Position numbers and translations under genes: made by a program
Notes under the pieces: generated by a model
What the model saw: only the letters and a program-made list of their open reading frames with translations
The model's database searches: none
What the model was told of the DNA's origin: nothing
Shown here: positions 1 through 13,516 of the stretch, piece by piece
How positions within the stretch are numbered: position 1 is the stretch's first letter
How the letters are laid out: every line of letters starts with the position of its first letter
Origin: Hormiphora californensis
Taxonomy: Eukaryota > Animalia > Ctenophora
Direction of reading: 5' to 3'
Assembly: GCA_020137815.1 (NCBI GenBank)
Contig: CM035359.1
Coordinates: 806,001-869,992 of the forward strand
DNA: 63,992 nt

Positions 1-1500
1 CTCTCCTTCTCTCCCCCTCTCCTCTCCCTTCTCTCCGCCCCGCTCTCTCCCCCTCGCCACTCCTCTCTCTTCTCCCCCGCTCTCTCTCTCTCTCTTCTCT
101 TCTCTTTCCCTCCTCTTCCCCTCTCTCCTCTCTCTCCTTTCCTCCCCTCTCCCCTCCTCTCTCTCCGCTCTCTCTCTCTCCTCTCGCCTCTCTTGCTCTC
201 TCCCCCCCTCTCTTCCCCTCTCTTTTCTCTCTCTCTCTCTCTCTCTCTCCCCTCTCTCTCTCTCCCTCCCCCCTCTCTCCTCCCTCTCTCTCCTCGCTCT
301 CCCTTTTTCTCTCTCCTCTCCTCCCTCTTTTTCCCCCCCCTTTCCTTTCCTTTTCTTTTTCCTCGGCCCCTTTTTCCCTTTTCCCCTTTTACCCCCTTTT
401 CGCCCGTCCCCGTTCCCCCGGTCCCCTTTTCCCCTCCCCTTCCCCTATCCTTTTTTTTTTCTTTTTCCCGCCGACTCCCCCCTTTTTTTGGGGGGGCCCC
501 CTTTTTTGTTCCCCCAGGGAATTTAAAACCAGGGCCGCTTGGCCCCCTTCGAGGTTCCCCCCCCTCCCCTTAAACCTTCCCCAGGTGGGTCCCCTTTAAA
601 AGAGAAGCCCCTGTTTGGGTTTTTTGGGTTTAAAATTTTTTGGGGGGTTTTTAATTCCTCTTGTTTTTTAAATTTTTCCAAAGGGGGGTCAAAGAGAAAG
701 AGAGGGGGGGAAAAAGGGATGAACGAATTTGGGAAAAAGTTAAACCCCTTTAAAAAATAAGAAAATGGAAAAACCCGAGGAGAGAATGAGATTTCTGGTT
801 TATTTCCCCCCGGCCCAAAACAAAAGTGTAAATGGGCCACCTTTTTCCCCCAATAATTCAATTGTTTTTTTGGGTTAATGATTACTAAACCCTTTGATTT
901 TCAGCAGAGAACTTCATTTTATTAGTTACAGTTGCATTCTAGCTATATTGTTCTAGTTGATATCATATCAGTTTTCAATAAGAAGATATACATATTGTAC
1001 ATATACATATATAAAAATATTTTAAAATTTTTAAAACACAAATTGGCACATATTTTTTCCCCACCCCCCCTCCCCTTTTCCTTTTTTTTTTTTCCCCCTT
1101 TTTTTCCCCTTCAGTGTGGTTTTTTCCCAAACCCAAAATGAAAATCCCAAATTTAAAAACCCCCAAATTTAAAAAAGTGAAAACCCCCCCAAATTTAAAA
1201 AAAACCACCTTTTCCCTTTTAACAAACGATAAAAAGAGGAAACCCCCCTTTTTTAAAGGGCCCTTTCTTTGTAAAAACTTTGTTTTTCCAAAACGTGGTT
1301 AAAAAGGTTTAAATTTTTACTTTAATTAGTTATTGGTTTAATTGTACAAGTGTTAATTAATAATAGGTAACTAGTTTTTAGTTTTGTAATTTAAATTTCA
1401 GGGGCATTTAAACCCCTATTTAAACCCCTCTTGGGGGTAAATTAGGTTTGTGCCCCCCCTTCCCCCCCCCCCACCCATCCCCTCCACCCCATCCCCTCCA
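1..1500. repeat. Degraded (CT)n microsatellite and homopolymer-rich, probably poorly polished sequence
   Basis: CT-only tract 1-~480, then abnormal runs of C/T/A/G homopolymers; ORFs here are low-complexity. Confidence 0.8.
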
Positions 1501-1750
1501 CACCACCCCACCCCTCCACTCCCACTCCTTTCAGCTAACCTGGCGGTGCTGAACTTTATATTTCCACCCCCACACCCACCTTCTAAAACTCCTTTCAGCT
1601 AACCTGGCGGGGCTGATCCCCACCCATCCCATCCCCCCTCCACCCCCTCCACCCCACCCACCCCACCCCACCCACCCACCCATCCCCTCCACACCACCCA
1701 CCCCACCCACCCCTCCACCCCCCACACCCACCTTCTAAAACTCCTTTCAG

Positions 1751-4700
1751 CTAACCTGGCGGCGCTGAACTTTCTATTTCAACTGTGGAGGCTCGGGGAA
1801 TTCTTTAAACCAACTAACTACGTGTTTCTCTCCCTAACCTCTGTGGACTTTTTAAGAGGCCTCAGTGGATTTGAGTTTTATCTGCTTTATTTCAATTACA
1901 CTTCACCAGGATCAGATGAGCTATTTCAGGTTTGGATTAATATGTCCATATATATGGTCATTATATCAATTATTTACTTCATCTTTCTTATCTCACATAT
2001 CAATTAGTTACTTCATCAATTAGTTACATTTATACACATCTGTATCCGCATCAGCTATCGCGTTTGGATGAATTAAGTCCCCTTATAATCAGGGCAATTA
2101 ACGACTAATTAATTAATGATCCTTCCAGAATTGGTGTAAGGTGTTTGCGGTGCTGGAGGCACTTCCTCCCATCTCCCTCTCTATTGCCCTTCTTCTCGCC
2201 ATCGCCAAAGCAATTGTGTTGTTCGCTGCGTTCCACGTCAAAACCTACATTAACACTAGAAACATCCTTCTGGCGCTTTTTTTCATCCTCACCTCCAAGG
2301 TATGTTGTTAATTAATTAAAGGTACTTTAATTAATTAAAGGTATTTTAATTGGCCAATTAACAATTTCTCAACTTAACATGATAGCTATTTACACAATAA
2401 ATTATTATACCAGAGTATAAAATACAGCCATGATCACCTCTTTAATCTTTATATAATATATCTTTATATAGGGGGGTTAGGGGTCCCTTAGCTGCAGCAA
2501 CTGCTGTGTGGGATCCCTGGGTGTGTGCGGTGTTATATAAATCGTGTTTTATAAGTGTATCACCCAAAATAGTTCAACCCAATAAAAATATCTATAGTAA
2601 AACTTCACTCACCCCTTTAGCAACGCACCCCATCAAGTATTTAAGTATTTAACTTTATCTATATTTAAGTATTTAACGTTTATATCTTGACAGATATATA
2701 GCACTATAACAAGACTCCCCCACTTCCCCACTATAACAAGGTGTTGAGTAATAAATAACAAACATATATAATATTATTATGGGTCCATCCCAGCTGTCCA
2801 AATATATGAGATCCTTGCCCTTCCCATTGGACATCTCATTGGACATCTCATCCTCTTTAAATCCATGGCTGTCATATCTCGAGTTAGAGATATACAAGGT
2901 GTGCCACTGAAAACCAGTGTTCTAGAGAATTGTCAGGCGAACATTTCTGAGTGTCTAATTGTTGACATATGTTTCTTGTTAAAAGCCCTCCATAGTATTA
3001 TAAAAAGTATAACTATAAGGGGATACGTCTATAAAACTGCAATACAACTTATAGTATAAGTTATACCATTTGTTGTCTTAACACACGATACTGAAACTGT
3101 CTGACAGCGCCAGACCCCTATAATTGGATTCTTAAATCTGAGCGCGGGACAGTGCGCTCAGGTGGGGTAGGCCAGACAGAATACAAATTGAATGTGTTTA
3201 ATTTTTATACTATACAATTTTAATACTACACTCACGCACCACAAAGCTTAAACCCATTCAATAACTAACTCTATACAATAAACACAATTGACTCTACCTA
3301 TACATATAACTAGCATGCCGTGTATATTTCAGATAGCTTACAGTTCTGTCCGGGTCCTAAAAGATGGCGTTTTACTGAATCATTTCTTTGTGGAATGTCT
3401 CATCAATGGGAACTACCGACCAACCCAGGTGGTTATAATGTAATATAATTGTTTATATCATAAACAATGGAAATTATATTAGTTATTGCATGCAATCATA
3501 TTTTAAATGGTATATACCCATATGATAGTGTCTGACGGTGTATAAGGTCCAAATGAGGCACGGAGCTTTTCTGAATCAGCTTTTCAAGACGAATCCAACA
3601 CAACCGGAATTAGCTTTCTATCTTATCGGGAAGGTTCGGTTCACACACGCTCATTTTTAGTCATTTTTGCCACGCGAGCCAATCAGATGCCAGAATTTCG
3701 AAATCCAGCCCTCTGATTGGCTTGCACAGCTAAAAATGAAAAAAAAGTGAACCACACCTTCCCGATAAGATAGAAAGCTAATTCCGGTTGCGTTGGATTC
3801 GTCTTGAAAAGCTGATTCAGAAAAAATTCGTGCCTCATTTGGACCTTATACACCGTTAGACCCTACCATATGATTGTTTACTAATTATAAATAGTTCTTG
3901 TGTTTATTAGAAAAGTTAGACTCGCTGGATATTATTGGAGGGAACCATGTATTTCGGTGTATAACACCATCATCAGTAGCTCAAATTAATTTGTTTAAAA
4001 TAGTGTTAGAAAGTTTACTAATTACTAACAATTGTTTTATTTTCAGATTTATTTTTCCTTCATATTTAACTACGAATTGGTTCTGATTTTTCTCATCATT
4101 ACTACTGTCATGATTGTTGCTAAATATGTGTACATTCAAAGAACAGTGAGGTTTGGTGCTACAAATAACGAACAGGATCCAGTCAGAAACTCCAGGAAAT
4201 GTAAGTGTTGGCAAAATTCCTTTGTTTTGGAAGTGTATAAGTATTGCAGTTGCGGCAGTTGAAGTGGCGGACACACTTTCTAACGATATCATGTGATCTA
4301 TTCCCCTCACCACGATATCATGTGATCTATTCCCCTCACCACGATATCATGTGATCTATTCCCCTCACCACGATATCATGTGATCTATTGATCCCCTCAC
4401 CACGATATCATGTGATCTATTGATCCCCTCACCACGATATCATGTGATCTATTCCCCTCACCACGATATCATGTGATCTATTCCCCTCACTACGATATCA
4501 TGTGATCTATTCCCCTCACCACGATATCATGTGATCTATTCCCCTCACCACGATATCATGTGATCTATTGATCCCCTCACTACGATATCATGTGATCTAT
4601 GGATCCCCTCACTACGATATCATGTGATCTATGGATCCCCTCACCACGATATCATGTGATCTATTCCCCTCACCACGATATCATGTGATCTATTCCCCTC

Positions 4701-7700
4701 ACCACGATATCATGTGATCTATTGATCCCCTCACCACGATATCATGTGATCTATTCCCCTCACCACGATATCATGTGATCTATTGATCCCCTCACCACGA
4801 TATCATGTGATCTAATCCCCTCACCACGATATCATGTGATCTATTCCCCTCACCACGATATCATGTGATCTATTCCCCTCACCACGATATCATGTGATCT
4901 ATTGATCCCCTCACCACGATATCATGTGATCTATTGATCCCCTCACTACGATATCATGTGATCTATTCCCCTCACCACGATATCATGTGATCTATTGATC
5001 CCCTCACCACGATATCATGTGATCTATTGATCCCCTCACCACGATATCATGTGATCTATTCCCCTCACCACGATATCATGTGATCTATTCCCCTCACCAC
5101 GATATCATGTGATCTATTGATCCCCTCACCACGATATCATGTGATCTATTGATCCCCTCACCACGATATCATGTGATCTATTCCCCTCACCACGATATCA
5201 TGTGATCTATTGATCCCCTCACCACGATATCATGTGATCTATTCCCCTCACCACGATATCATGTGATCTATTCCCCTCACCACGATATCATGTGATCTAT
5301 TGATCCCCTCACCACGATATCATGTGATCTATTCCCCTCACCACGATATCATGTGATCTATTGATCCCCTCACCACGATATCATGTGATCTATTCCCCTC
5401 ACCACGATATCATGTGATCTATGGATCCCCTCACCACGATATCATGTGATCTATTGATCCCCTCACCACGATATCATGTGATCTATTCCCCTCACCACGA
5501 TATCATGTGATCTATTGATCCCCTCACCACGATATCATGTGATCTATAATTCCCCTCACCACGATATCATGTGATCTATTCCCCTCACCACGATATCATG
5601 TGATCTATTCCCCTCACCACGATATCATGTGATCTATAATTCCCCTCACCACGATATCATGTGATCTATTCCCCTCACCACGCGGTCAGGCCAATGCTCT
5701 AGGACAGTCACCACGCGGGTTTCCCTTTGCGTTACTTACATTGTTGTGGGATTTAGTTAATTCAGTCCTGTCGACATCTCCAAATTTGAAGTGTAGATGT
5801 CGACAGGACTGATTGTGATAATAGGTGTGGCGTGGTGTTGCAGAGTCATGTCAGTCAAACCTGCCCCCTTCCCCTCTTCCCCCTTCCCCCCTTCCCCCTT
5901 CATCTTTCTGGAATCTAGATCTGACATTGTACGCGGTAGTAGCAGAATTTCTATGAAATAACTTCGCGGGTGGATGTCAGATCTAGATTCCAGAAAGATG
6001 AAGGGGGAAGAGGGGAAAGAGGGGAAAGGGCAAGAATTTTTGTTGGTGTGTCCTACCCATTATATTAGAATCGAGCTCGTCCCAAGCAGCTCAAGAAATT
6101 TTAAATTGGCACAAAAATGGCTTAAACGATCATCCGGATGAATGCCCTTCGGGCAATCACCCGGGCAAGGAAAAAATGGGTGAGTTATGAGGGCATAACT
6201 TATGACTTATGAATTATGTTGGTGCATGTACTAGAGGACTAAAATTGCGGGTACTTGCGCGCGTTCATTTCCAGGATGCACGAATGTTATGTTTTGTTCA
6301 TAGATTTGTCATTGCGCCCTACGTCATATGTGGCTGTGCATTGTGAGTTGTGATGCATGAGCAACTAACACGTGGAGTACTGCAATAGCAAAGTTACCCG
6401 CCCAACTCATTAGTCTGTTAGAGATTCAAGATTCAAGATTCAAATTAAAAAGTACTTAACAATAATATTATTGTCATATAACTATAAAAAAGTGGGAGTA
6501 GGAGGGGTAGAGAGAGGGTTCAGGGGGGTTGAGAGGAGAGGTATGGTGGGCGGTGGTAGTGTGTGTATTATGGGTTGATGATGGTGTGAATTAGGTGAGA
6601 GAGATGATGATTGATATGTGAGGGGAAGACATGACCACGGAGGGAGGTTCTGTCTTGATCTGTTAGGCGGTCTCGAGCTGATTTGGTGCGGGTGCATTCA
6701 TTCAGCATGTGCCACTCATCTTGGATGATTGGGTCGAAGAAAGGGAGGGCACGCAGAAGAGGTATAGATTCGGGTGAGGAGCAATCATCACAGAGGCGCT
6801 CAGATCTGTCAGTTTTGTTATGGCGTCCGGTTTCGATTTTTAGGCGGTGGGTACTCGTTCTTAACTTGATGAAGTCAGGTGCCGTCCTTCTTTCTAGGTA
6901 ATCCTCAAAGCCATGTCCGGTCTTGACACTGTTGTAGAATTCAAGCTTCCGGTTGCTGTGGCGAATATCGTCCCATTGGGTCCAAAACCAATCTGAGATA
7001 CGGGCCTGCACGAGTTGGGAGTTAGGGAGAAGTGTCTTCTGCGGGTGGTGGGCATTGGAGTCGAATATCTCGGAGGTCCTTAGGACACTTTGATACCAGG
7101 GCAACTGTAGTCGCTTCTGTTCGTTATAGGCGTGTACGACTAGCTTGCTTTGGTTGTCGAGAGTGTTGCTCATGATACATAGTCTATTGTGGAAGTCCAG
7201 CAGGTGTTTGCTGTTTCTTACGGCCAGGGGGACTCTATCAGTGTCCCCGTAGAGTGGAGGTAGTGGTGTGTTTTTCCGAAGTCCTAGTAGCCATCTCAGA
7301 AAGCTGGTTTGACATTTTTCTGTTTGGTCGTCCCAGATGTCCTTCGATGTAGTTTTCACATGCTTCCCGTTTAGAGATGTCTTGAGAAATCTTGTTTCGT
7401 GCAGCCAGATAGCTGATGCATACCCTGCTACAGGTGCTACCAGAGCATCAAATAGTTTTAGGGCCGCTTGCTTGGATATTGATCTGATATCCACTATTCT
7501 TTTTATGGCGAAAATGCTCCGCATGCTCTTGATTCTCAGTTGTTTTTGGGCTTCTCGTAGGTTACCATTCACCGAGAAAGTCAAACCGAGATATTGATAG
7601 GTCTTGGTTGATGGGATGTGTGAGTCGCCGTAGAGAAAGCCGTTGGATTCTTTGAGTTTCCTCCCAGCTTGGTTAAAAACCATTATAGCCGTTTTTTCGG

Positions 7701-10700
7701 TGTTAACGGTAAGATCCCAATCAGAGCAGAACCGGTAGAGGGCATCGAGGAGTTTTTGTAGACCCTTAGCCGAGGTTGACATAAGTACCAGATCATCAGC
7801 CCAGAGCAAGTGAGTCACTAGGGCTGTTCCTAGTGCTACTGGGTCAGATTTTAGGTCTTTATCATTGAGTATTGTGGATAGGTCCAAGAGGAAACACTTG
7901 AAAAGCTCTGGACTTGTGACATGCCCTTGTTCTGTACCAATTTGGATGTCAATGAGATCAGAGAGTTTCTGGGCTAGTTTTAGGCGAGCCTTGGAGTTGT
8001 TGTACATGTGGTCGAGTACATTGAAGAACTTCCCACGAACTCCAAGGTTTAGCAGTTTTAGGAGAAGGGCGTCTCTGTTGAGGCCATCAAATGCCTTACG
8101 AAAGTCGATAAAGCAAGTGTAGAGCCTTCCTTTGTTCTGTATTCCTTTCTGAATGGCAGTATGGAGTGTTAAGAGGTGGTCGCTGGTTTGGGCACCCTTC
8201 ACAAAGCCTTGTTGGTTGGGCGGGTCCGGGCAGTGAGTCTTCCTGAAGTTCACTAGGCGCTCCAGATAGATGGCGGAGAAGACACGCCCCAGACTGCTCC
8301 CTACAGCAATGGCTCGGTAGTTGTTAGGGTCATGTTTGGGCCCTTTTTTGTGGATAGGTGTTATAACCGTAGTGTTCCAAGGGTACACGCCGTGTTCGAG
8401 GCATTGGTTATACAGATGTGTGAGTAGCTGTATCGTGTTGGGACATGCCTCTTTGAGTAGTTCGTTAGGTATTCCATCAATGCCTGGCGATTTGCCCCTT
8501 TTTAGATCCTTGATAGCCTTTTCGACATCATTAGTGCATATAGGTTGGTTGAGTGCACTTTCCAGGTCTGATTGCAGATTGATTTTAGTATGGATGTCAG
8601 CTTTCCAGGTGTCAGTTTTCTCGTTCTGATTTTTGGAGTAAAGCTGATTGAAGAAGCTGTGGAAGTCGGTCATATGAGAGATGCTGAGTTCCTCTTTTTG
8701 ATCGAATTGCTGTTTCAGTTCCTCGATTGTGTCCCAGTTCAATGTTTTGGATGAGAGAATTCTGCTGCTCAAGTTTTGCTTGAGCTGGCTCTTCTTGTTC
8801 CTCATTGTTCGACGATACAATCGTTTCTGCTGGTGGTAGAGGTCTTTGATCCTGGGGTTAGCAGTTTTCCCCTTGCCCTGGGCTCGTGCAAGGCGGTTGG
8901 TTTCAAAGCGTAGGATGTCACACTCTTTATCATACCATTTAGATTTCGTGTATCGTTTTTTGTGCTTCTTTTTCTTGTCTACAGCTGGTTCAGTGCTTTT
9001 GAGTTGGGCGGCAAGCAGATCTGATATTTTTTGGTTCATGGTGTACACATCATCACGGCAATTGCAGGTTGTCCGGATTAACCCAGAGATAGCATCAGAG
9101 TCCTTCATTTGCCGTTCTTTGAGTAGCTGGGCGGTAGTGTCTTTCCATTTGGTTCGCCGAGGAGCGTCTGGTAGGTTTAGAAACTTCCTTTGGGCTGTTG
9201 CACTTTTCAATGTCGTCTTGGTGTTAAGCGTCACTTCTATTGGGCAGTGGTCCGATAGTGGCAGGAGTGGCCTGACCTTGAGAGATCGGGTGGAGCAGCG
9301 AATGCTATCAGAGGCAATGATGTAATCAACAACACTAGCTCCATTGTACGTGTGACAGGTATACTGTCCTGTTAGATCGCCAATTGTACAGCCGTTTAGG
9401 ATGGTAAGCTCAGCTGATGACAGACAGTCAAGTAGCTTGGCTCCTCTGTCATTGCAGACAGTATCTTTGCTGGTGCGGAGTTGTTTATAAGACGGGTCTC
9501 CGCTGGAGAGAATGTCATCAGAGATGTGTTGAGTCGGTGGGATCGTGTTGAGTCCACTCAATCTAGCGTTCATGTCACCGGCAATTAGGATCTCGGTTTG
9601 CCTTAGAGATAGGAGCAGTTGGCTCAGGTCATGGAGTGTGTCCCTCTCCTCACTGGTACCTGCCCATTTCTTTTTGTAACTGCTTTCGGGTGGGGAGTCG
9701 TATACATTAATGATGGTGAGGTCCTTCCCTGTCCCGGTGATTTTCCTGGAAATCCTTAGTGCGAGAAGGTCCTCGTGGTCAGTTTTGATTAGTTTAGTGT
9801 GTGCTGCTATAGTTGAGAGGAGCACCGGAGAGAGCTGGTGTGGAGAGGGAGGGGTGACCCAGGAAAGGAACACCGGAGAGAGCTGGTGTGGAGAGGGAGG
9901 GGTGACCCAGGAAAGGAGCACCGGAGAGAGCAGGTGTGGAGAGGGAGGGGTGACCCAGGAGAGGAACACCGGAGACGTAGGGGTGACCCAGGAAAGGAAC
10001 ACCGGAGAGAGCTGGTGTGGAGAGGGAGGGGTGACCCAGGAGAGGAGCACCGGAGAGAGCAGGTGTGGTGAGGGAGGGGTGACCCAGGAAAGGAACACCG
10101 GAGAGAGCAGGTGTGGTGAGGGAGGGGTGACCCAGGAGAGGAGCACCGGAGAGAGCTGGTGTGGAGAGGGAGGGGTGACCCAGGAGAGGAGCACCGGAGA
10201 GAGCTGGTGTGGAGAGGGAGGGGTGACCCAGGAAAGGAACACCGGAGAGAGCTGGTGTGGAGAGGGAGGGGTGACCCAGGAAAGGAGCACCGGAGAGAGC
10301 AGGTGTGGAGAGGGAGGGGTGACCCAGGAGAGGAGCACCGGAGAGAGCAGGTGTGGTGAGGGAGGGGTGACCCAGGAGAGGAGCACCGGAGAGAGCTGGT
10401 GTGGAGAGGGAGGGGTGACCCAGGAAAGGAACACCGGAGAGAGCAGGTGTGGTGAGGGAGGGGTGACCCAGGAGAGGAGCACCACCCCCTGCTGATATTT
10501 CCCGCAGTCTACTATGGTATATCAAATAATTCCCTCCCGCTGTTGTCAGTGCCCATTCACACCTTTCATAATCTCCGGGGTCGGTTTATAACAAATAACC
10601 ACGGCTAGTAAAGTGATGAAACTTGATAATCCCCTACGGGGATTATCACACGATATTCCCCTCGTCGTTTCACTCCTCGTGGATATCTATATTTTGATAT

Positions 10701-12190
10701 ACCAGCCTGACAGGCTGGTATATCAAATTTCATCCCTCCACTAGCCGGGGTTATCTATATTATAGAGATCACGATACGTGATCTCTAAGTCCAATGAGGT
10801 CCCATTATCGATATCAGTCTTGTATCAACCATACGTGATACCTCTGTGCACTGCAACAAAAATTCCCCGATTATGAGTCCCACGGACTTAATGAATTCTG
10901 AAATTCATTGAAGGCTGTAGCTACTAATATGCTATGCAAAGCCTAGTGTGTCGTTGAATCTGCTTGTTGGGCCGTTGATTTATAGATGTTCAAAAATTCA
11001 TCACCTCGATAAACCAGGCACCCTGATTTACCGGGCAAAATGGCTTCCCCCGAGTATCCCGGTAAATCGGGGTCCGGGGTATAACCATTGGATCAAATTT
11101 GTTTAACCTGTTAACCTGACTCTGTCCCACGTTGTCGTCGGGGGGTACTTAGTACTTACTGAGTTAGTGAGTTAAAGTTTAACCTAAAATATATCAATAA
11201 GTCGGCGACCTTGTCAAAGTTATATTGCGACATGTTGCGTACTGCATTATAAATATATGCATTTAAAATTGAAGGAGCATATTTAATTTTGTATCAGGAT
11301 TGGTATTGTTTTCGGTGGTGTAATTCTAAAAATAATAACTCTTCGCTAATAAATTTGAGAATTTCAAATCGGTTAGAGTAACAAATCGTGATTAATCGTT
11401 ATTACAACCATTATAGATAGCGAACCTGTCAGCCTGGCCAATGCTCTGACAGTAGCGAACTATAAGCCATTAAACCATAGTCAGTTAATAAACTCCCACC
11501 GCTATGAAAGTACGACAAACTCACCCCGGTCGCTTGTAGTGGGAAAACGGTAATATAATGGAAAACGGAGGCCGTACGGTATGAAAACGCGCAACCGTGG
11601 CCAATCAGTGCATAGTACGTGCTGACACATTCACTTTTTGCCGCGTGTTATGCAAATTCTGCGTCTTATTACTGTAATTCCATTACTGTAATTCCACTTC
11701 AAGATTCTATTGCTAATATCCAATGAATTACCATCTAAAAACTAATTAAATACTAACAGAACCTCTAAAAAACTAATTAAATACTAACAGAACCTCTAAA
11801 AAACTAATCGAATACTAATAATGACCCCCCCCCTGTTCAGATGAGTCTAATGCGATGTTAACGTGTGCTATAGCGATAATGGGGGTGGCTATTTTGTGTT
11901 ACAGTATCTTTGTGATTCTACGAGCGGCAGTGATCTACAACATCACTTTCTCCAAGGGGTTGTTAATGCACTACAAGTATATCAAGATCACGTCTGAGTA
12001 CATTCTTCTGAATATCAACTCAGCGATCAACCCCTTTCTGTATATCCTGTATAATAGGAGCATGAAGAGAAAGATAAAGAAGAAGAGAAAGAGCATTCAC
12101 ACCAGAGTTATGGCACTTGGTAGTGGTACTGCGCTGGCAAGCGGCACTGCCAGGATCACCTCTGTATCGCTGAAGGAAGTACAGATATGA
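1751..12190 (+). CDS. Rhodopsin-like (class A) GPCR, spliced; N-terminal exon not securely located
   Basis: In-phase GT-AG exons: 1751-1929 (NLAALNFL..KPTNYVFLSLTSVDFL; TM1 Asn, TM2 LxxxD), 2129-2299 (NWCKVF..AIAKAIV; TM3 Cys), 3333-3428 (ECL2 VECL), 4047-4200 (TM5), 11841-12190 (TM6, TM7 NSAINPFLY, basic helix 8, stop). A possible damaged TM1 exon lies at ~905-977 (SYIVLVDIISVF). Confidence 0.88.
3526..3865. mobile_element. hAT-like MITE in GPCR intron
   Basis: Long TIRs (TAGtGTCTgACGGTGTATAAGGTCCAAATGAGGCACG... and its reverse complement) with an 8-bp TSD CCATATGA at 3518-3525 and 3866-3873. Confidence 0.8.
4283..5681. repeat. Minisatellite with 29/32-bp unit variants (~45 copies)
   Basis: Unit CACGATATCATGTGATCTATT(GAT)CCCCTCAC, head-to-tail with no spacers. 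Confidence 0.95.
5762..6031. repeat. Two adjacent hairpin / inverted-repeat (MITE-like) units
   Basis: TCAGTCCTGTCGACATCT...AGATGTCGACAGGACTGA (5762-5812) and CCCCCTTCATCTTTCTGGAATCTAGATCTGACAT...ATGTCAGATCTAGATTCCAGAAAGATGAAGGGGG (5862-6031). Confidence 0.7.
6422..9815 (-). mobile_element. Non-LTR retrotransposon (LINE; RTEX/L2-CR1-group-like), 5'-truncated, antisense in GPCR intron 4
   Basis: (TTGAATC)3 tandem 3' tail at ~6422-6443, short 3'UTR, then an uninterrupted APE-RT ORF that starts within the endonuclease domain. Confidence 0.92.
6568..9815 (-). CDS. LINE ORF2: partial APE endonuclease, reverse transcriptase and C-terminal Cys/His motif
   Basis: APE motifs IAGDMNAR, SVVDYII, LSDHCPI; RT motifs KSPGIDG, PNNYRAI, FIDFRKAFD, QGHVTSPELF, LLWADD, YLG; C-terminal LKIETGRH..LCDDC..DEWHMLNEC. 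The annotated ORF extends to 10485 only through a stop-free minisatellite. Confidence 0.92.
9814..10482. repeat. 48-bp minisatellite (~14 copies) abutting the LINE 5' truncation
   Basis: Unit GAGCACCGGAGAGAGCTGGTGTGGAGAGGGAGGGGTGACCCAGGAAAG. Confidence 0.95.
11426..11452. mobile_element. 27-bp micro-MITE with 8-bp TSD
   Basis: TAGCGAAC|CTGTCAGCCTGGCCAATGCTCTGACAG|TAGCGAAC; 7-bp TIR CTGTCAG. Confidence 0.75.
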
Positions 12191-12282
12191 AACATTCAGG
12201 GACAAAGTACACCACATAAAATGCAGTGTGATAAATTTACCGGGAAATATTTGAAGTCGTTAGAAATCGTCTGGTATGATTG

Positions 12283-13516
12283 TGTAGGGGGCGACCTGAC
12301 CGCCGCCACCAGGCCGTGGCCCGGACTGTAAAAAGCCACGGATGCACAAGACATTGTACTAAATGTATAGTACCCTGTGCAAGTGCCTGGGCCCCCTACG
12401 GAGAGTCCCTGGCTCTCCGTCCATAAAGAGAACTAATGTTAGGCCAGCCATAATCCTTGACCGAGTAGACAAATGAAAACAAACGATATACGTGTAAAAG
12501 AGGAGATCTTCCCTTGTCTCGGTGGCAACGGCTCTAGTATCCATGGACTAACCACTACACTACTCAACCAATACAAGTCCAACTGATACACCAGCCGCAA
12601 CCACTGGGCCGCCGGGAGATCCCCTTTCGGAAACTCTGACACACCGCCAGGATTCCTATATAAATCTCCATTTAATACTCCCTTTAAATATACAAATAAT
12701 ATACACTCAATCCATGCTCAACAAAAGTAATGATACACTAAACACTCGTGCCTCTCCAATACTCTCTCTCTCCTCTGAACTATACTCCTCTACAACTCCT
12801 CCTCTCATGTCTTGACTACCTCCTGCCCAATAAGACCTAAATCAATCCCCAACTAACTCCACCAAGCTATACCTCCACCAAGCTGCACTTCATTGTTCCA
12901 CCTTGTATTGTGGCCTACTAGCAATGCTAGCAATATGGCCGCCCTCATTACGAGACCCAAGCTGACAATATAAGGAAGTTTGGCCGCAGACAAACTCCCT
13001 TTCTACAATCCAAACTAGCTGGTCCGTACACCAAAACCTTGTGTCCAGAACTCTCTGTCTCCTCCAATCTCCCAAACTATGTCCCGTCCGTTGCGTGACC
13101 TCCCACTACCACGTGTCCTTGCCGGCCCTGGCTCCATCAGCCAATCCCATTTGACCACGTTGGTTACCGATAATCTGACTGACCGCCACCCTCCTTATCA
13201 CTCCTAACGGCGACATGATGGCTAGCGGCTGCACCTCTGCAGCTTTGCAGCGGTGCAGAAACCAGCTTCCCATACAACCAATCTTTCTCTCTCTCTCAAC
13301 AACTCGAGTGGTGATCTAAAGCCCATTTAATATAGCAACGGCCGCTCTAACCTCTAGTATAGATAATAATATTCCGTTGCAAAATATAATGACAATAACT
13401 GATGTGCAGCCTGCACCCACACAACATATACCGAAACATATTAGGACACAATATATATGAGGAATTATATAGGGACTTGTAGGAGCAAGCAATGCTTGTC
13501 AATTGCGTGCCCTACA
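12283..13516 (-). repeat. 3' LTR
   Basis: Direct repeat of 21206-22439 (offset 8923), TG...CA ends, adjacent PPT at 13517-13530. Confidence 0.95.

Noticed and set aside
193-1302. Pro/Phe/Lys-rich ORFs
   Set aside because: Homopolymer-biased low-quality sequence beside a microsatellite; the same artefact appears at 32700-32860 and 57030-57300.
4283-5681. 29/32-bp array as a CRISPR-like locus
   Set aside because: Units are contiguous with no unique spacers, the context is a eukaryotic intron, and there are no cas genes.
9816-10485. ~220-aa repetitive N-terminal domain on the RT ORF
   Set aside because: Product of a stop-free 48-bp minisatellite open in several frames; it starts at GTG and replaces the missing endonuclease N-terminus.
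12283-13516. Retrozyme (hammerhead in the LTRs of a non-autonomous element)
   Set aside because: No CTGANGA...GAAA core found by eye on either strand of the LTR.
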